A stretch of DNA of 63,981 nt, the filler included, from Thelocarpon superellum (Eukaryota), in NCBI GenBank assembly GCA_026025795.1. It is 4 parts of 4 records of this genome, joined end to end, with 100 filler letters (N's around TTAATTAATTAA, not from the genome) between each part and the next. Parts side by side here need not be neighbours in the genome. Positions count along the whole stretch, not along the records: positions 1 to 17,681 come from JAPEUG010000371.1; 3 more parts are not named here. The stretch is one strand, 5' to 3'. The notes beneath the pieces were generated by a model. That model worked only from the letters and a program-made list of their open reading frames with translations, had not been told where the DNA came from and searched no databases. Shown here in pieces: positions 1-12,139 of this stretch. Positions within the stretch are counted from its first letter, which is position 1. Each line of letters opens with the position of its first letter. A program made the translations under genes and the position numbers.

Positions 1-408
1 CGCGAGTGGAGAGGCGGGGGGTGATGCAGCATGGGGCAGGAGCGGCGAAGATATGTGAGCGGAGATGTTGGGGGTGATCCAGCATGGGGGAGGAGCAGCG
101 GAGAATGAGATGGCGACGGGATGATGCAGCATGGGGCAGGCACGGGGATGATAGATCACGGCGCGGCAGGACCCTCGTTGCTTCCTCTTTTCCTGCAAAA
201 CACCCGGATGGCCTCCTTTCCATATCAGCACCACAGACCGCCAGATCACGCCTCGAATCATCGTTGAGCATATCACGACGTGGGGATCAGCCATCACATT
301 CGCAACGAGACTGTCACGGTCGTCTCAGGATCACTCTGTTCGTATTCCTCGTTCGCGCTAATCGCGCCTCGTATCACGTATCACGTATCACGGCTCACCC
401 CCCCTATC

Positions 409-2319
409 TTAGCCACGTGCATTCTGCCGGGCAAGCGCCTCCTTGTATTTCGTCAGGGCCACGTTCACGGCGTTGATGGTCGGCGCCATCATGTCCTGCA
501 CCGCTTGAGATCCACCTCCAACCGAGCTGGGATCCCACTTGCGCTTCTTGCCCGTCGACTGGTAGATGTCGCGGATTTCCTTCTTCTTGCGCTCCAACTC
601 CGTGTTTCGCTCCTCCTCCGCCTCCGCTGCCACGGCCTGCACGCGTTCCACGGCCCGCTTCAGCGAGTCCACGGCCTTGGCAAGCTCGCTGGCCCGCGCC
701 GGGTCGCCGGAGAGGAAGGCCTGCCAGAAGTGGCGCAGGAATTCCGTCGTCGTGGCGTGCGTCAGCGTGAGGCGATCGAAGAGCGTTCGCGAGAGACCCT
801 CGGTGGAGTCCTCGACGGCGGAGACGCCGGCGGTGGATGAAAAGTCGTCGGCGTGCGAACGGCGCTGATCGATGGCTCCGAGAATCTGCGTCGTCGCTCC
901 AGAGAGACTCTGCTGACTCCCGACGTGCGTCGTCTTGGGAGTGTCGGGTTCCGGCTCGTCGTCGGTGTCATCGTCCACACCAATGGCGATCTGGAGCCGC
1001 GAGACACCCTTCTGGTCGCTCGCGATCCGAGCCGGACGCAGCTCCTTTCGCATGGCGGACAGCACGTCCGCGGGCACCTGCGCCGCGTGTTGCTTCGTCG
1101 CGTCGGCATCGGCGGAGTCGACGTCGTCGGCAAAGAATCGCTTCTGATCCTTGATGTGCAGCACGGTGCGGTCGGGTTGCGCTTCGCTCTGTAAGTCGCG
1201 CAAGGCCAACTCGTTGAAGGTCTCCTCATCCATGCCGATGGGTGCGGATGGGTCGACGTCGATGGGCTCCACATGCGACATGATGCGCTCGCTCAGGCTG
1301 TTCAGAGTGCGGATGATGGGCACCTTGTCCGCGGCCGCGGGTCGCATGGTCCAGTCCGGTTGGTTCCCTTTCCGCTGACTATGGTTCTCTTCGTTGCCCT
1401 CGATGTCGATGGTATGGGGGATGTGGCTCGACCAGCGTCGCGGGTCACGCGTATCCTCCTCGTTCAGGTAGCGGTCCAGGACGGGATCCAGTGGGTCGCT
1501 CTCCACCAGCTTCTCCCCCTTGAGCCTCCGGAAGAGCCGACTCAGGAAAAACTTGGACCAGAATTCCGACTCGTTCAGCTTGGGCACGTTCTCGTCGTAG
1601 ACGCGCTTGACCAGGGGATGCTGGTTGAAGATGAGCTGGATCTGCTCCTTGCTGATGCTGAGCCGCGTCACATTGTCCTCCGTGCGGGCCTTGATGGTCG
1701 AGAGGACGTTGTACGCGCCCCGCGTCTGAGACTTTTCGATGGCATGCGCGCGCAGCATGGACAGGCGCATGGACCAAAACTGGTGGGTGAACTGTGAATT
1801 GGAAATGGAGTCGGGCTTGGTCCGGAGCGACTCCATGAAGGTCTTCTGCAGGGCCGGGTCGGACTTGAGCAGCGACTGCTGCAGGTCGAGATCCGCCTTG
1901 AGCCGGGCATCGTCGAACCAGCCCGAGGTCGCGTTGACGGCGGAGGCGACGGCCAAGGCACCACTCCCCGGAGCCGCGGGAACACGCGGGGTGGAGGCTG
2001 CCTTGGCCGCCTGGATGGACTTGCTCAGGGCATCTTTGACGGCGTCGGCCTCAGCGCGAGCGGTGTTGGTCGCCATGAACGCAAAGGTGTGTGTTTCTGG
2101 AAGCGGTGCGTCGGGCGCTTGGACAAAGACCTTGAGCATCACCTTGGGATTATTGGCCGGCGTCTGTTGCAGGTTCGTGATGGAGGCACAGGAGATGGTC
2201 ACCGATGGCGGAGCTCCAGGTGGGGCACTCGGCGTCCACGCCACAGATCTCAAGTCCGGCGAAAGGGCCAGGACGCCATCTTTCTTTTTGTAAGAAACGG
2301 CCGCTGGTGAAGGAGCCAT
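409..2319 (-). CDS. TFB1: TFIIH p62 subunit (PH-like N-terminus plus BSD domains)
   Basis: Intronless ORF from ATG 2319 (MAPSPAAVSYKKKDGVL...ITNLQQTP...KVMLKVF). BSD-type segments include QIQLIFNQHPLVKRVYDENVPKLNESEFWSKFF. Confidence 0.92.
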   Translation of the reverse strand: MAPSPAAVSYKKKDGVLALSPDLRSVAWTPSAPPGAPPSVTISCASITNLQQTPANNPKVMLKVFVQAPDAPLPETHTFAFMATNTARAEADAVKDALSKSIQAAKAASTPRVPAAPGSGALAVASAVNATSGWFDDARLKADLDLQQSLLKSDPALQKTFMESLRTKPDSISNSQFTHQFWSMRLSMLRAHAIEKSQTRGAYNVLSTIKARTEDNVTRLSISKEQIQLIFNQHPLVKRVYDENVPKLNESEFWSKFFLSRLFRRLKGEKLVESDPLDPVLDRYLNEEDTRDPRRWSSHIPHTIDIEGNEENHSQRKGNQPDWTMRPAAADKVPIIRTLNSLSERIMSHVEPIDVDPSAPIGMDEETFNELALRDLQSEAQPDRTVLHIKDQKRFFADDVDSADADATKQHAAQVPADVLSAMRKELRPARIASDQKGVSRLQIAIGVDDDTDDEPEPDTPKTTHVGSQQSLSGATTQILGAIDQRRSHADDFSSTAGVSAVEDSTEGLSRTLFDRLTLTHATTTEFLRHFWQAFLSGDPARASELAKAVDSLKRAVERVQAVAAEAEEERNTELERKKKEIRDIYQSTGKKRKWDPSSVGGGSQAVQDMMAPTINAVNVALTKYKEALARQNARG

Positions 2320-3003
2320 CGCTGCGACGACACTTCTCGTGTGTTGTTGCACCGTCGCCCGTTTCCACCTCACCTCACCTCACCTCATCCCAGCTTCCAC
2401 GCCTTCGTCCACTCGAGTTCCACAGTTGTGAAGCTCAGGTCCAACGTCGCTTCGGCTTTACTACTCGGACTCGTACAGCTGCGTCGAGCTTGCATCACGT
2501 GCCGCACATCTACCGAGACCTCGCGTCTCGCGTCATTTACGCTCGACGGGACCGTGCGCTAACCCATATCGGGCGTAGAGGGACGTGGCTGGGGCCGGAG
2601 ACGGCGCTCTTGACGAGTAAAAAGCGAGGAGGTGTCATGAGGCAAAGCTGGAGAAGGAGAAGAGACGTTCATTGTACGAAGGAACATACCACGACTTAGG
2701 TATCGCGTGCGGAAAGTGACTTGGAAGTCGGCCCGAGCGGATCTGCGTTACCAAACTTGCTTCTCTATACTTCTTGGACCTCCAGCGTCTGTCAGCCTCT
2801 GATCCTTTCTTTCATGCGCCGCTCTGACTTCTCTGCACAGCACCGTCTTGTCTCCCGGCATTGCTATTGCATTGCTTGCTGACCGTCCGACGTGCCACTG
2901 GTCGTGCAACAGAACCGTGTTCGCCGTCACCTGGCTCCATCAGACCGCACATGGTGCCCGGCACGACTGGTGCCTCTCCCCTCCGCCACCTCCGCTCCCT
3001 GCC

Positions 3004-6000
3004 ATGCTGCGAGCGTCGTTGCGTAAGTCGAGCGGCCTCCTGGATGGAGGCGTCTGCCGGCACTATGTCAGCCATCCCCTGAGAAGTCCCTTGGCCGCCC
3101 TCACGTCGGCTCCGAGAGGCCCACGCCTGGTTTCACGCACGACGCGATGGGTGGCCACGCCAGTGTCGCCGCGACGGTGCTATGCCGTTGCCGCCGAGGA
3201 CGCCAGCAAGGGTGTGGTGCGTGGTCTCTCTCATCCCATGCTGCGGGCGCCACGCTGACGACGCTCCCAGGATCCCAATGACTCCTTCCTCCAAGGGAAC
3301 ACGGCCAACTACATCGACGCCATGTACATGCAATGGAAACGGGACCCATCCAGCGTGCACGTGTCATGGCAGGTCTACTTTGGGAACATGGAGAATGGCA
3401 CGATGCCGACGTCGCAGGCCTTCCAGCCGCCACCGACCATCGTGCCCACCCCGACGGGCGGCGTGCCGCAGTTCGTGCCCCAGGCCGGCGCCGGCGAGAG
3501 CTCCGACGTGACGAACCATCTGAAGGTGCAGCTGCTGGTGCGTGCCTACCAAGCGCGCGGCCACCACAAGGCCAAGATCGACCCCTTGGGCATCCGCGGA
3601 GAGGCCGAGGCCTTTGGGTACAGCAAGCCCAAGGAGCTACAACTGGAGCATTATCAATTCACGGAACAGGACCTGGACCATGAGTTCGACCTGGGCCCCG
3701 GGATTCTCCCTCGCTTTAAGCGCGAGGGGCGCGAGAAGATGACGCTGCGCGAGATCATTGCGGCGTGTGAGCGCACGTACTGCGGCTCCTTTGGCGTCGA
3801 ATACATCCACATCCCGGACAAGGAGCAGTGCGACTGGATCCGGAGCCGCATCGAGATACCTAATCCCTATCGCTACTCCATCGACGAGAAGCGCCGCATC
3901 CTCGACCGCCTGATCTGGAGCTCGAGCTTCGAGAGCTTCCTGGCGACCAAATACCCCAACGACAAGCGCTTTGGACTGGAAGGATGTGAGACCCTGATCC
4001 CAGGCATGAAGGCCCTGATCGACCGCAGCGTCGACTACGGCATCAAGGACATCATCATCGGCATGCCGCATCGGGGCCGACTGAATGTGCTCAGCAACGT
4101 CGTGCGCAAGCCCAACGAGTCCATCTTCAGCGAGTTTGGCGGTTCCGCCGAGCCGTCGGACGAAGGCTCGGGCGACGTCAAGTACCACCTGGGGATGAAT
4201 TTCGAGCGGCCCACGCCGTCGGGCAAGCGCGTGCAGCTGTCGTTGGTGGCCAACCCGTCGCACCTCGAGGCCGAAGACCCCGTCGTGCTCGGCAAGGTGC
4301 GCGCCATCCAGCACTGGAACGGCGATGAGAAGGCGCAGAAGACGGCCATGGGCGTGCTGGTGCATGGCGACGCCGCCTTTGCCGCCCAGGGCATCGTGTA
4401 CGAGACCATGGGCTTCCACTCGCTGCCGGCCTACTCCACCGGCGGCACCATCCACCTGATCGTCAACAACCAGATCGGCTTCACCACGGACCCGCGCTTC
4501 GCCCGCTCGACCCCCTACTGCTCCGACATCGCCAAGGCCATCGATGCGCCGGTGTTCCACGTCAACGCGGACGACGTCGAGGCGCTCAATTTCGTGTGCC
4601 AGCTGGCGGCGGACTGGCGCGCCGAGTTCCAGCGCGACGTCGTCGTGGACATAGTGTGCTACCGCAAGCACGGGCACAACGAAACGGACCAGCCCTCGTT
4701 CACGCAGCCGCTCATGTACAAGCGCATCGAGGAGCACCGTGCGCAGATCGATCAGTACGTCGACAAGCTCCTGGCGGAGAAGACCTTCACCAAGGACGAC
4801 ATCGACGAGCACAAGAAGTGGGTGTGGGGCATGCTGGAGGAGAGCTTCGAGCGCGGCAAGGACTACCAGCCGAGCGTCAAGGAGTGGCTGACGTCGGCGT
4901 GGAACGGGTTCAAGTCGCCCAAGGAGCTGGCGACGGAGGTGTTGCCGCACCTGCCCACCGGCGTGCCGGTCGAGACGCTGCGCCACATCGGCGACGTCAT
5001 CTCCACCCCGCCCGAGGCCTTCCACGTGCACCGCAACCTGAAGCGCATCCTGGCCGGCCGCAAGAAGACCGTGGACGAGGGCAAGGCCATCGACTGGTCG
5101 ACGGGCGAGGCCCTCGCCTTTGGCTCGCTCGTGGCCGAGGGCCACCACGTGCGCGTGTCGGGGCAAGACGTCGAGCGCGGCACCTTCTCGCAGCGCCACA
5201 GCGTGCTGCATGACCAGGAGAACGAGACGTCGTACACGCCGCTGCAGCACGTCAGCGAGGACCAGGGCGCCTTTGTCATCTCCAACTCGTCGCTCAGCGA
5301 GTTCGGCGTGCTGGGCTTCGAGTACGGCTACTCGCTGTCGTCGCCCGACGCGCTGGTCATGTGGGAGGCGCAGTTCGGCGACTTTGCCAACAACGCCCAG
5401 TGCATCATCGACCAGTTCATCGCCTCGGGCGAGGTGAAATGGCTGCAGCGCTCCGGCCTGGTCATGTCGCTGCCGCACGGCTACGACGGACAGGGGCCCG
5501 AACACTCGTCGGGCCGCATGGAGCGATACCTGCAGCTGTGCAACGAGGACCCGCGCATCTTCCCCACGCCGGACAAGCTGGATCGACAGCATCAGGACTG
5601 CAACATGCAGATCGCCTACATGACCACCCCGGCCAATCTCTTCCACATCCTGCGACGACAGATGAACCGCCAGTTCCGAAAGCGTAGGGCTCCCATGCAC
5701 ACTCCCCTCGCCCCGTCTGCGCTAACACGCCCCAGCCTTGATCATCTTCTTTAGCAAGTCCCTCCTGCGGCATCCGCTGGCGCGATCGCCGATCGAGGAT
5801 TTCACCGGCGAGTCCCACTTTGAGTGGATCATCGAGGACCCGGAGCACGGGCACACGATCAACAAACCGGCGGAGATTGAGCGCGTGATCCTCTGCTCCG
5901 GCCAGGTATATGCCGCGCTGCACAAGTACCGGGGCAGCGAGGGCATCAAGGACGCGGCCATCACGCGCATCGAGCAACTGAACCCGTTCCCCTGGGCCCA

Positions 6001-6274
6001 GCTCAAGGAGAACCTCGACCAGTACCCCAACGCGAAGAACATCGTGTGGTGCCAGGAGGAGCCGCTCAACGCCGGCGCGTGGAGCTTCTCGCAGCCGCGC
6101 ATCGAGACGCTGCTCAACGCCACCGAGCACCATCATCGCAAACACGTCCTCTACGCCGGTCGCAACCCCAGCGCCTCCGTCGCCACGGGCCTCAAGGCTA
6201 GCCACATGAAGGAGGAGCTGGATCTGCTGGACATGGCCTTTTCCGTGAACCAGGACAAGTATAAAGGCGAGTGA
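3004..6274 (+). CDS. KGD1: Mitochondrial 2-oxoglutarate dehydrogenase E1 component
   Basis: Arg/Ser-rich presequence from ATG 3004. Introns at 3217-3270 and 5684-5735. Motifs [27 protein letters not shown] and [10 protein letters not shown]. Confidence 0.97.
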
Positions 6275-6527
6275 GTGAGCAGTAACCAGGTCGGGGCTTC
6301 CGGAGAGGGCGAGGTCTCGTCCATCAGAGAGTGGGAAGTGAGAACGGAGTTTCGTTCCGGTGGAAGGCTGAGCGAGAGAAGGGAGGACCGGGACGATCAA
6401 CGATCGAGCTGTACTTTTAGTCTTATTGTCGTCGTCGGCATCATCATCGACATCGTCTGCGATCCTCACCACTCAAAACAGGTGCGTTACTGTACGCAAG
6501 TACTTCGACCCATCTACCACACAGACA

Positions 6528-7598
6528 TCATCGAAACGCCTCCGTCCCGCGCAATTGGTGTAAGATCTGCGACCCCAGCGTGCGCCGGTGCTGCATCTCT
6601 GCCTCGTCGTCTCCTGCCCCTGTGCCTGCGACCGGCCCTCCGTCCACGCCGCTTGCTCTTCCCACTCCCGCTCCGCTTCCCTCACGGACCAATCTCCGCC
6701 GGAGCGCCTCGTAGGTCTCGCCGCCCGTGCCGCCAAGACCGCTCCCGCCGGTCCCGCTCTTGTCGCCGACCACCCAGCGTGGTACGCGCCACGTGCTAGT
6801 CGCCAGGGGGAGGACGTCGTTGCGCCATGCGTACCCCACCAACCAGCCCACCGCTGCCGCGAGGGCCGAGCCGGGGAACTGCGACAGCGCGAGCTGCGTC
6901 ACGAGGAGATAGGTCGTGCTCTTGTCGGTGAACGTCAGGCCGTCGTCCGTCAGTGCGGGGTGTGAGGGAGTGCGACGCGGGCCTTGCTGCTGGGACGAGG
7001 GAGGTGAGGGTCGCGTTGATACGTGGTATTTGTAGACGTGGGGGATGGCGGCGTGGTATTGAGCCAGGAGGGAGAAGACCAGCGCCGTGGGTCCGGCGGG
7101 GAGGTAGTTGATCCGGTGTAGGCTGAGGGGGCGCAGGACCAGCGTGAGGATTAGTGGCGGGAGGAGCGTGTTGTATGGAAGCGTGGAGAGGAGGAAGGAC
7201 TGGTTGGGGACTGTCAGTGAGGGTGAGAGGGAGGAGCGGAGAAGACTGTGCGTACAGCGAACTTCCGAGTTCCCCATAGTCGCTCGATGATGCGCAGGTG
7301 ATACAACGTCAGGCTTGCAAAGAGAAGCTCGGTCGAGTTCGTATAGCACGTCTAGACCAGGCACAAGAACACGTCAGTGACAGCACGGAGTACGGTCGGA
7401 GCAGGTGCACCTAGGATGGTGAGAGCGAACCTGCCACGTCAAGACACGCCACAGTTGGCCATATTGCCAAAGATGCGGCACGACTTGAATGGGAAACAAG
7501 TACTTGATATCGGTGATGCTGACGAGGATGGAGGAGGTGACGAGCGAAAAGACGAGGAAGCGCGAGACGGGCGCATGGGTGAAGCCGGAGGTGAGCAT
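6528..7598 (-). CDS. DSC2: DSC E3 ubiquitin ligase subunit Dsc2/Ucp14 (rhomboid-like membrane protein)
   Basis: Three exons: MLTSGFTHAPVSRFL...QLWRVLTWQ / TCYTNSTELLFASLTLYHLRIIERLWGTRKFA / SFLLSTLPY...NYLPAGPTALVFSLLAQYHAAIP. Introns are GT-AG with CTGAC branch points. Confidence 0.82.
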
Positions 7599-8424
7599 GC
7601 TGGGGCAATGGATGCGCCTGCTCTCAGGCGGAACAAGTGGGGTGTAACAGGCACATGGAGTGGTACGCGGGCATCATGGCGTCCAAGATCGAGGCGGCGA
7701 GCTTGTCGTGACGCCGGTCGGGGAGCTTGAGCGATATGCCACCTTGCAGGGATGTGTCAACCCGAGCACGACGATGAAGGAGCATCCGACGAGTATTTGC
7801 CGACTGCAGTACGCAACCTCAGCCACAACGGCGCTGCTGAGACAGTCACGTTTACCAGGGACCTCCGCTACGGCCGGGCGTTCCGCTCACTCGGCAAGTT
7901 GCTGCAGCATTACGACGTGCGGACTCAACTGGTCACGCTTTCATCACTGTCCTTAACGACCGACGTCCGCGGTGGGCTCCTGCCATCGGGCTAGGTCGTG
8001 GCCGAGTCGACCGAGCTGACGCCAAGATCATGGCCCGATCCGACGTACGAGACTGCACACGCATCCAGCACGAACGCTTCGAGTCGCCGGCGGCCTACGA
8101 AGCAGTCAAAGATGGCCAGGTCATCTATCAAACGACGCTGAAGCGGGCCAAACGAAGAATACTTGCGCTTGAATGATTCCCCGAGCATCACCAGCACCAA
8201 GGGAAGGGAAAACAAAATGGTTGATAATAGCAAGAACGTGTTACATGCTTGTGCTTCTCCACGTGCTCCGTGACATCCCATGCTAGATGTGAACGCCCGC
8301 CAACGCCGCAAGTGGTGACTTCCCGAACTCGTGTGTCCATTTCCACGTCCAGACCACTCATCACAGGGACCTCAATGGGACATTGAACACTCCCTTCACA
8401 CTTTGATCACGCCGATCACAGATT

Positions 8425-8820
8425 TCAGCAGCTAACGGTGGTCCCCGCTGCAGACGAGACCGCCTCCGCCACTTGATTATGCAAACCTGCGGTGATTGTG
8501 AAGGTTGCCGCTGTTTGACTGTTGACGCTCTGATAGCCACAGCTAGTGTCGCTGGCGGCTAACGCAAGCGTGGAGAGCGCGCTCCACAGATTACCACATA
8601 TTTCCGACGCATTCCAGAGATCACCCTGGCCGAAGACCACAATATATTGGTCCACGAATCCCCCAACATAGCTGCAGCTCGGGCCAGATTGGCGCGGGAC
8701 AATCAAGGGTAGTGAGGCGGGGGAAGAGGATGACGATGAGGATCTGGGCGCGGCGAGGGTCGGGGCTGCCAGAAGGCCGAAGGCGAGGGCGAGAGAAATG
8801 GTACGGAGAGAGGAATGCAT
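8425..8820 (-). CDS. Small secreted protein, 131 aa, 4 Cys, effector-like
   Basis: Signal peptide MHSSLRTISLALAFGLLAAPTLA, a Ser-rich pro-region ending ...VPR|Q, four Cys including the last residue, and an upstream TATATAA at about 9003-9009 on the minus strand. Confidence 0.7.
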   Translation of the reverse strand: MHSSLRTISLALAFGLLAAPTLAAPRSSSSSSSPASLPLIVPRQSGPSCSYVGGFVDQYIVVFGQGDLWNASEICGNLWSALSTLALAASDTSCGYQSVNSQTAATFTITAGLHNQVAEAVSSAAGTTVSC

Positions 8821-8896
8821 GTTGTTGACTGCGTAAGAAAAAGTGGAGAAGTAAGAGGTCAGGTAAGTGAACTTTTTGCCTGTCGATGCTGCTTCT

Positions 8897-8898
8897 GG

Positions 8899-8930
<32 letters not shown>

Positions 8931-8935
8931 CGTTG

Positions 8936-8966
<31 letters not shown>
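8897..8966. repeat. Compound (CAG)n/(CAA)n trinucleotide microsatellite
   Basis: Runs of gtt and gct units, lying between the TATA box and the ATG of the small secreted gene. Confidence 0.9.
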
Positions 8967-10243
8967 TTATCATGATGTGGAATGGCGAGGGAAACGTTGG
9001 ACTTATATACACACCGAATCAAGCTCTCTTCTACGGTCTCTCTCGCTTGAACGATTCTCAAGGGCCTCGTCAGGCAAACAGCATAACCAACACCGGCGCA
9101 GCAAGAATGTCAACCTGTACGTGATGCGTGTTATAGCAGAATCTACGGTAAGCGACTGATATAGCATAAGACACAAGGTGGTAGAACGCGCTGTACCGTT
9201 CTTTCATAAAACGCATAACGGGTTCCGTACTTCGAATAAAGTTCGCCTCCAGAGGCTGAGGTTATTCTTACCCTCGAAACTTCTAGGTTATCCCAGAGGC
9301 ACTGCACTGATATATACGGTTGTGCTGTATAGCATGAATATACAAGAGGTGATGGTGGTGGTTGAGGGGGGTTTCGGCAGGTGTGGTGGGGTCTGGTGTC
9401 CTCGAGACGCTATGCACCTGGGGACGGAGTTGTTCGTATTTGGTACCCACCTCTCTCGGTGCGAACAAGAAACATCAAACTCGTCTCAAGTCAAGCTTTT
9501 CATGCAAGATATGGTGAGACCACAACCACTATGGCAATGACAATAAAGTGTATCATCACATTATGCATGCATGGTCTGAAACCATTGTGCTACTTGCGTA
9601 GGTGGAAGTGGCGAGGGTGTGAAGCGTCTCGTTGACTTAGCTAGCGAGCTACGCTTATCTGCAGTAAGGCGGCAGTCACAGGGTGTACGCAGCAGTGCCG
9701 TTGCGGGCGGGGTTGAGCACGAAGACTGTAACTTATGTTAACCTTTATTACTTCGTACGGGGACCTCTGCCTGATGCTCGGAGCTCGTCTGATACGCCTA
9801 CCTGGAAACCAGCAAACAGGCATTGTCTATTCGGCTGAAAGAAAATACGTCAGCCCTTGACCAGTTTCAAAACCAATAAATCTGAAAAGGGTTTGTCCAC
9901 CATCGTGACAACCGTGACAGTTGACCATGCGGTGCTCTATGAACACCCAGTGCAACGCAAACCGGCCAAGTCCCTGGAGGGTGGGGTGCAGCAGCGAGAC
10001 CCGACCCTCGGCTCCAGTATGTTAGTGGGCGAGGCCGGCAATGGCAATGCCCCCGACCTATCCGGACTGTATGCTACTCGTACGAGAACGGACGAGTACT
10101 CGTTCTCAACCTCGTGCCTCGTATGAGGACAGCGTTCAGAGAAGCTGGAAAGACTGTGCAACTGGCCACGCCATGTCACCCGCTGCTCACGTCTCCCACC
10201 CCACCTCCCCACCATAACCCTCTCCCGCCGTCGGGCCGCCTGG

Positions 10244-11372
10244 ATGTCCTCGCTACATCTCTCGCGGGTGCGGAGCTGGGCGCTGTCGTCACCGCCCATC
10301 GAATGGGCCCTTGAACAACTGCGTGAGTTGGTCATCGGCGCCCTCAGACAGGGTCCGATCCCGGAACATGTGGCCTTTATCATGGACGGCAACCGGCGCT
10401 TCGCGCAGAGTCATCACATCGAGCGGGTCGAGGGACACCACCTGGGATTCGAGGCGTTGGCACGGGTCAGTCGGGTCGACGCTCGCCAGCAGGCCGTGGG
10501 CCGTCGGATGCTAATCGGAGCCGGCAGATCCTGGAGGTGTGCTACAAGTCCGGCGTCCGGGTGGTGACCATCTACGCCTTCAGCGTGGAAAACTTCAAGC
10601 GATCCAAGTACGAGGTGGACGCGCTCATGGACATGGCCAAGGTCAAGCTGGTGCAGCTATCACAGCATGGAGATCTCATGGATCGCTACGGCGCGCGCAT
10701 CCGCGTGCTTGGGGAGCTCGACATGCTCAAGCCCGACGTGCGCGACGCCATTGACGAGGCCGTCGAGCTGACGCGGGACAACGGCGAGTGCGTGCCTCCG
10801 AGGCCGACGATGGCGCCAGCGGGCTGACCCTTCCGCGACCTAGTGCCATCTTGAACGTCTGCTTCCCCTACACCTCGCGCGACGAGATGACCTCGGCCAT
10901 CCGCGAGACCGTGGCCGAGTATTCCCGACCCAGCCGCGACGCATCACGTCCGTGGCTGGAGGGTGTGGGCGCACGCCACGGGAGCGCCTCACCGTCGCCG
11001 CCCACTTCGGACGTGGACGACTCGCTCTCGTCGTCCATGACGCTGCAACCCGACACGCCGCCGAACAACGACCTCCGCGACCCCGCCAGCTCGCTCTTCC
11101 CCGACCCCGAGCGTATCTCGGCCGAGACACTGGACGAGCACATGTATACCTCGGGCGACCCCCCGCTCGACCTCCTGATCCGCACGAGCGGGGTGGATCG
11201 ACTGAGCGACTTTATGCTCTGGCAATGCCACCAAGACACCGACGTGGTCTTCCTGAAATGCCTCTGGCCCGAGTTCGACCTGTGGAACTTTGTCCCCGTG
11301 CTGCTGGAATGGCAATGGCGCCGGCGGAAGATGGCGGACACAGGCCATGGTATCACGGGTGGCGTCCTTTGA
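10244..11372 (+). CDS. RER2: cis-prenyltransferase (dehydrodolichyl diphosphate synthase)
   Basis: Motifs PEHVAFIMDGNRRFA, VTIYAFSVENFKRS and DLLIRTSGVDRLSDFMLWQ; two GT-AG introns. Confidence 0.92.
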
Positions 11373-12139
11373 TCTGGCGTCGTTTGATTGTACATAGGGG
11401 CATCTTAGACTGGTGGCCGATAACTGCTTCACATACCTGCGTCACCAACGATCAGCCTCGTAGAAATGTGTACTCGGACGGAGGAGCCCCTCGTCCCACC
11501 GTGCTCTCTCTCTCTCTCGCCGTGGAGAGCATCTGGTGCTGCACACTGCCATGTGCCTTCGCTACCACTGTTGTCCGTCACGCCCAGCAGACACGGTGAG
11601 GGTGGGTGAGGTGCCTACGAGTACATTCTTCCCGCCAGGGTGACCATAGCTCGCGCGGCGACGAACAATCCTCCCCAGATCGGAGGCCAGACGGTACTCG
11701 TACCAAGGCGGGCAGCAAAAGTCCCCGCCAGAATTTTGGTGGTATCGGCACCTCCCGACTGGCCCCGACTTCTGCTGCCCGCCTCGTGCTGTAGCTGAGG
11801 TAACTCACCACCAGAGTCTCGCTTCGGACGGCCAACGGCAATTGCCGGCGCGCCCTGGTCGCACCCAATTCAGCAGCCTCTCGACCCGGCCGCGGGCCCA
11901 TGACCGAATCCCATCCCACAAGCTCGTCCACCCCCCGTGGCATCACCTCGTCTGGATCGCGACCTTGCCTTTTCCCACCCGGTCCACATCTCCCTCGTCT
12001 TATGCCATCCTCATCCAGCTCTCGCTTCGTCCTCCCTGCCGTCCCGGCGGCTGGCGCGCCTGCGTCCGCCCAGCCTCGACCCTGACTCTCCGCCTATTGC
12101 TTCTCACCTCCCCCAGCTCGCACCTCACCCACGGCGAGC

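Noticed and set aside
3637..5700. 687-aa antisense ORF over KGD1, and many similar shadow ORFs
   Set aside because: Expected from high GC3 codon bias on the coding strand; no recognisable domains.
7660..8311. Short ORFs upstream of DSC2 as a gene relic
   Set aside because: No identifiable homology or splice structure.
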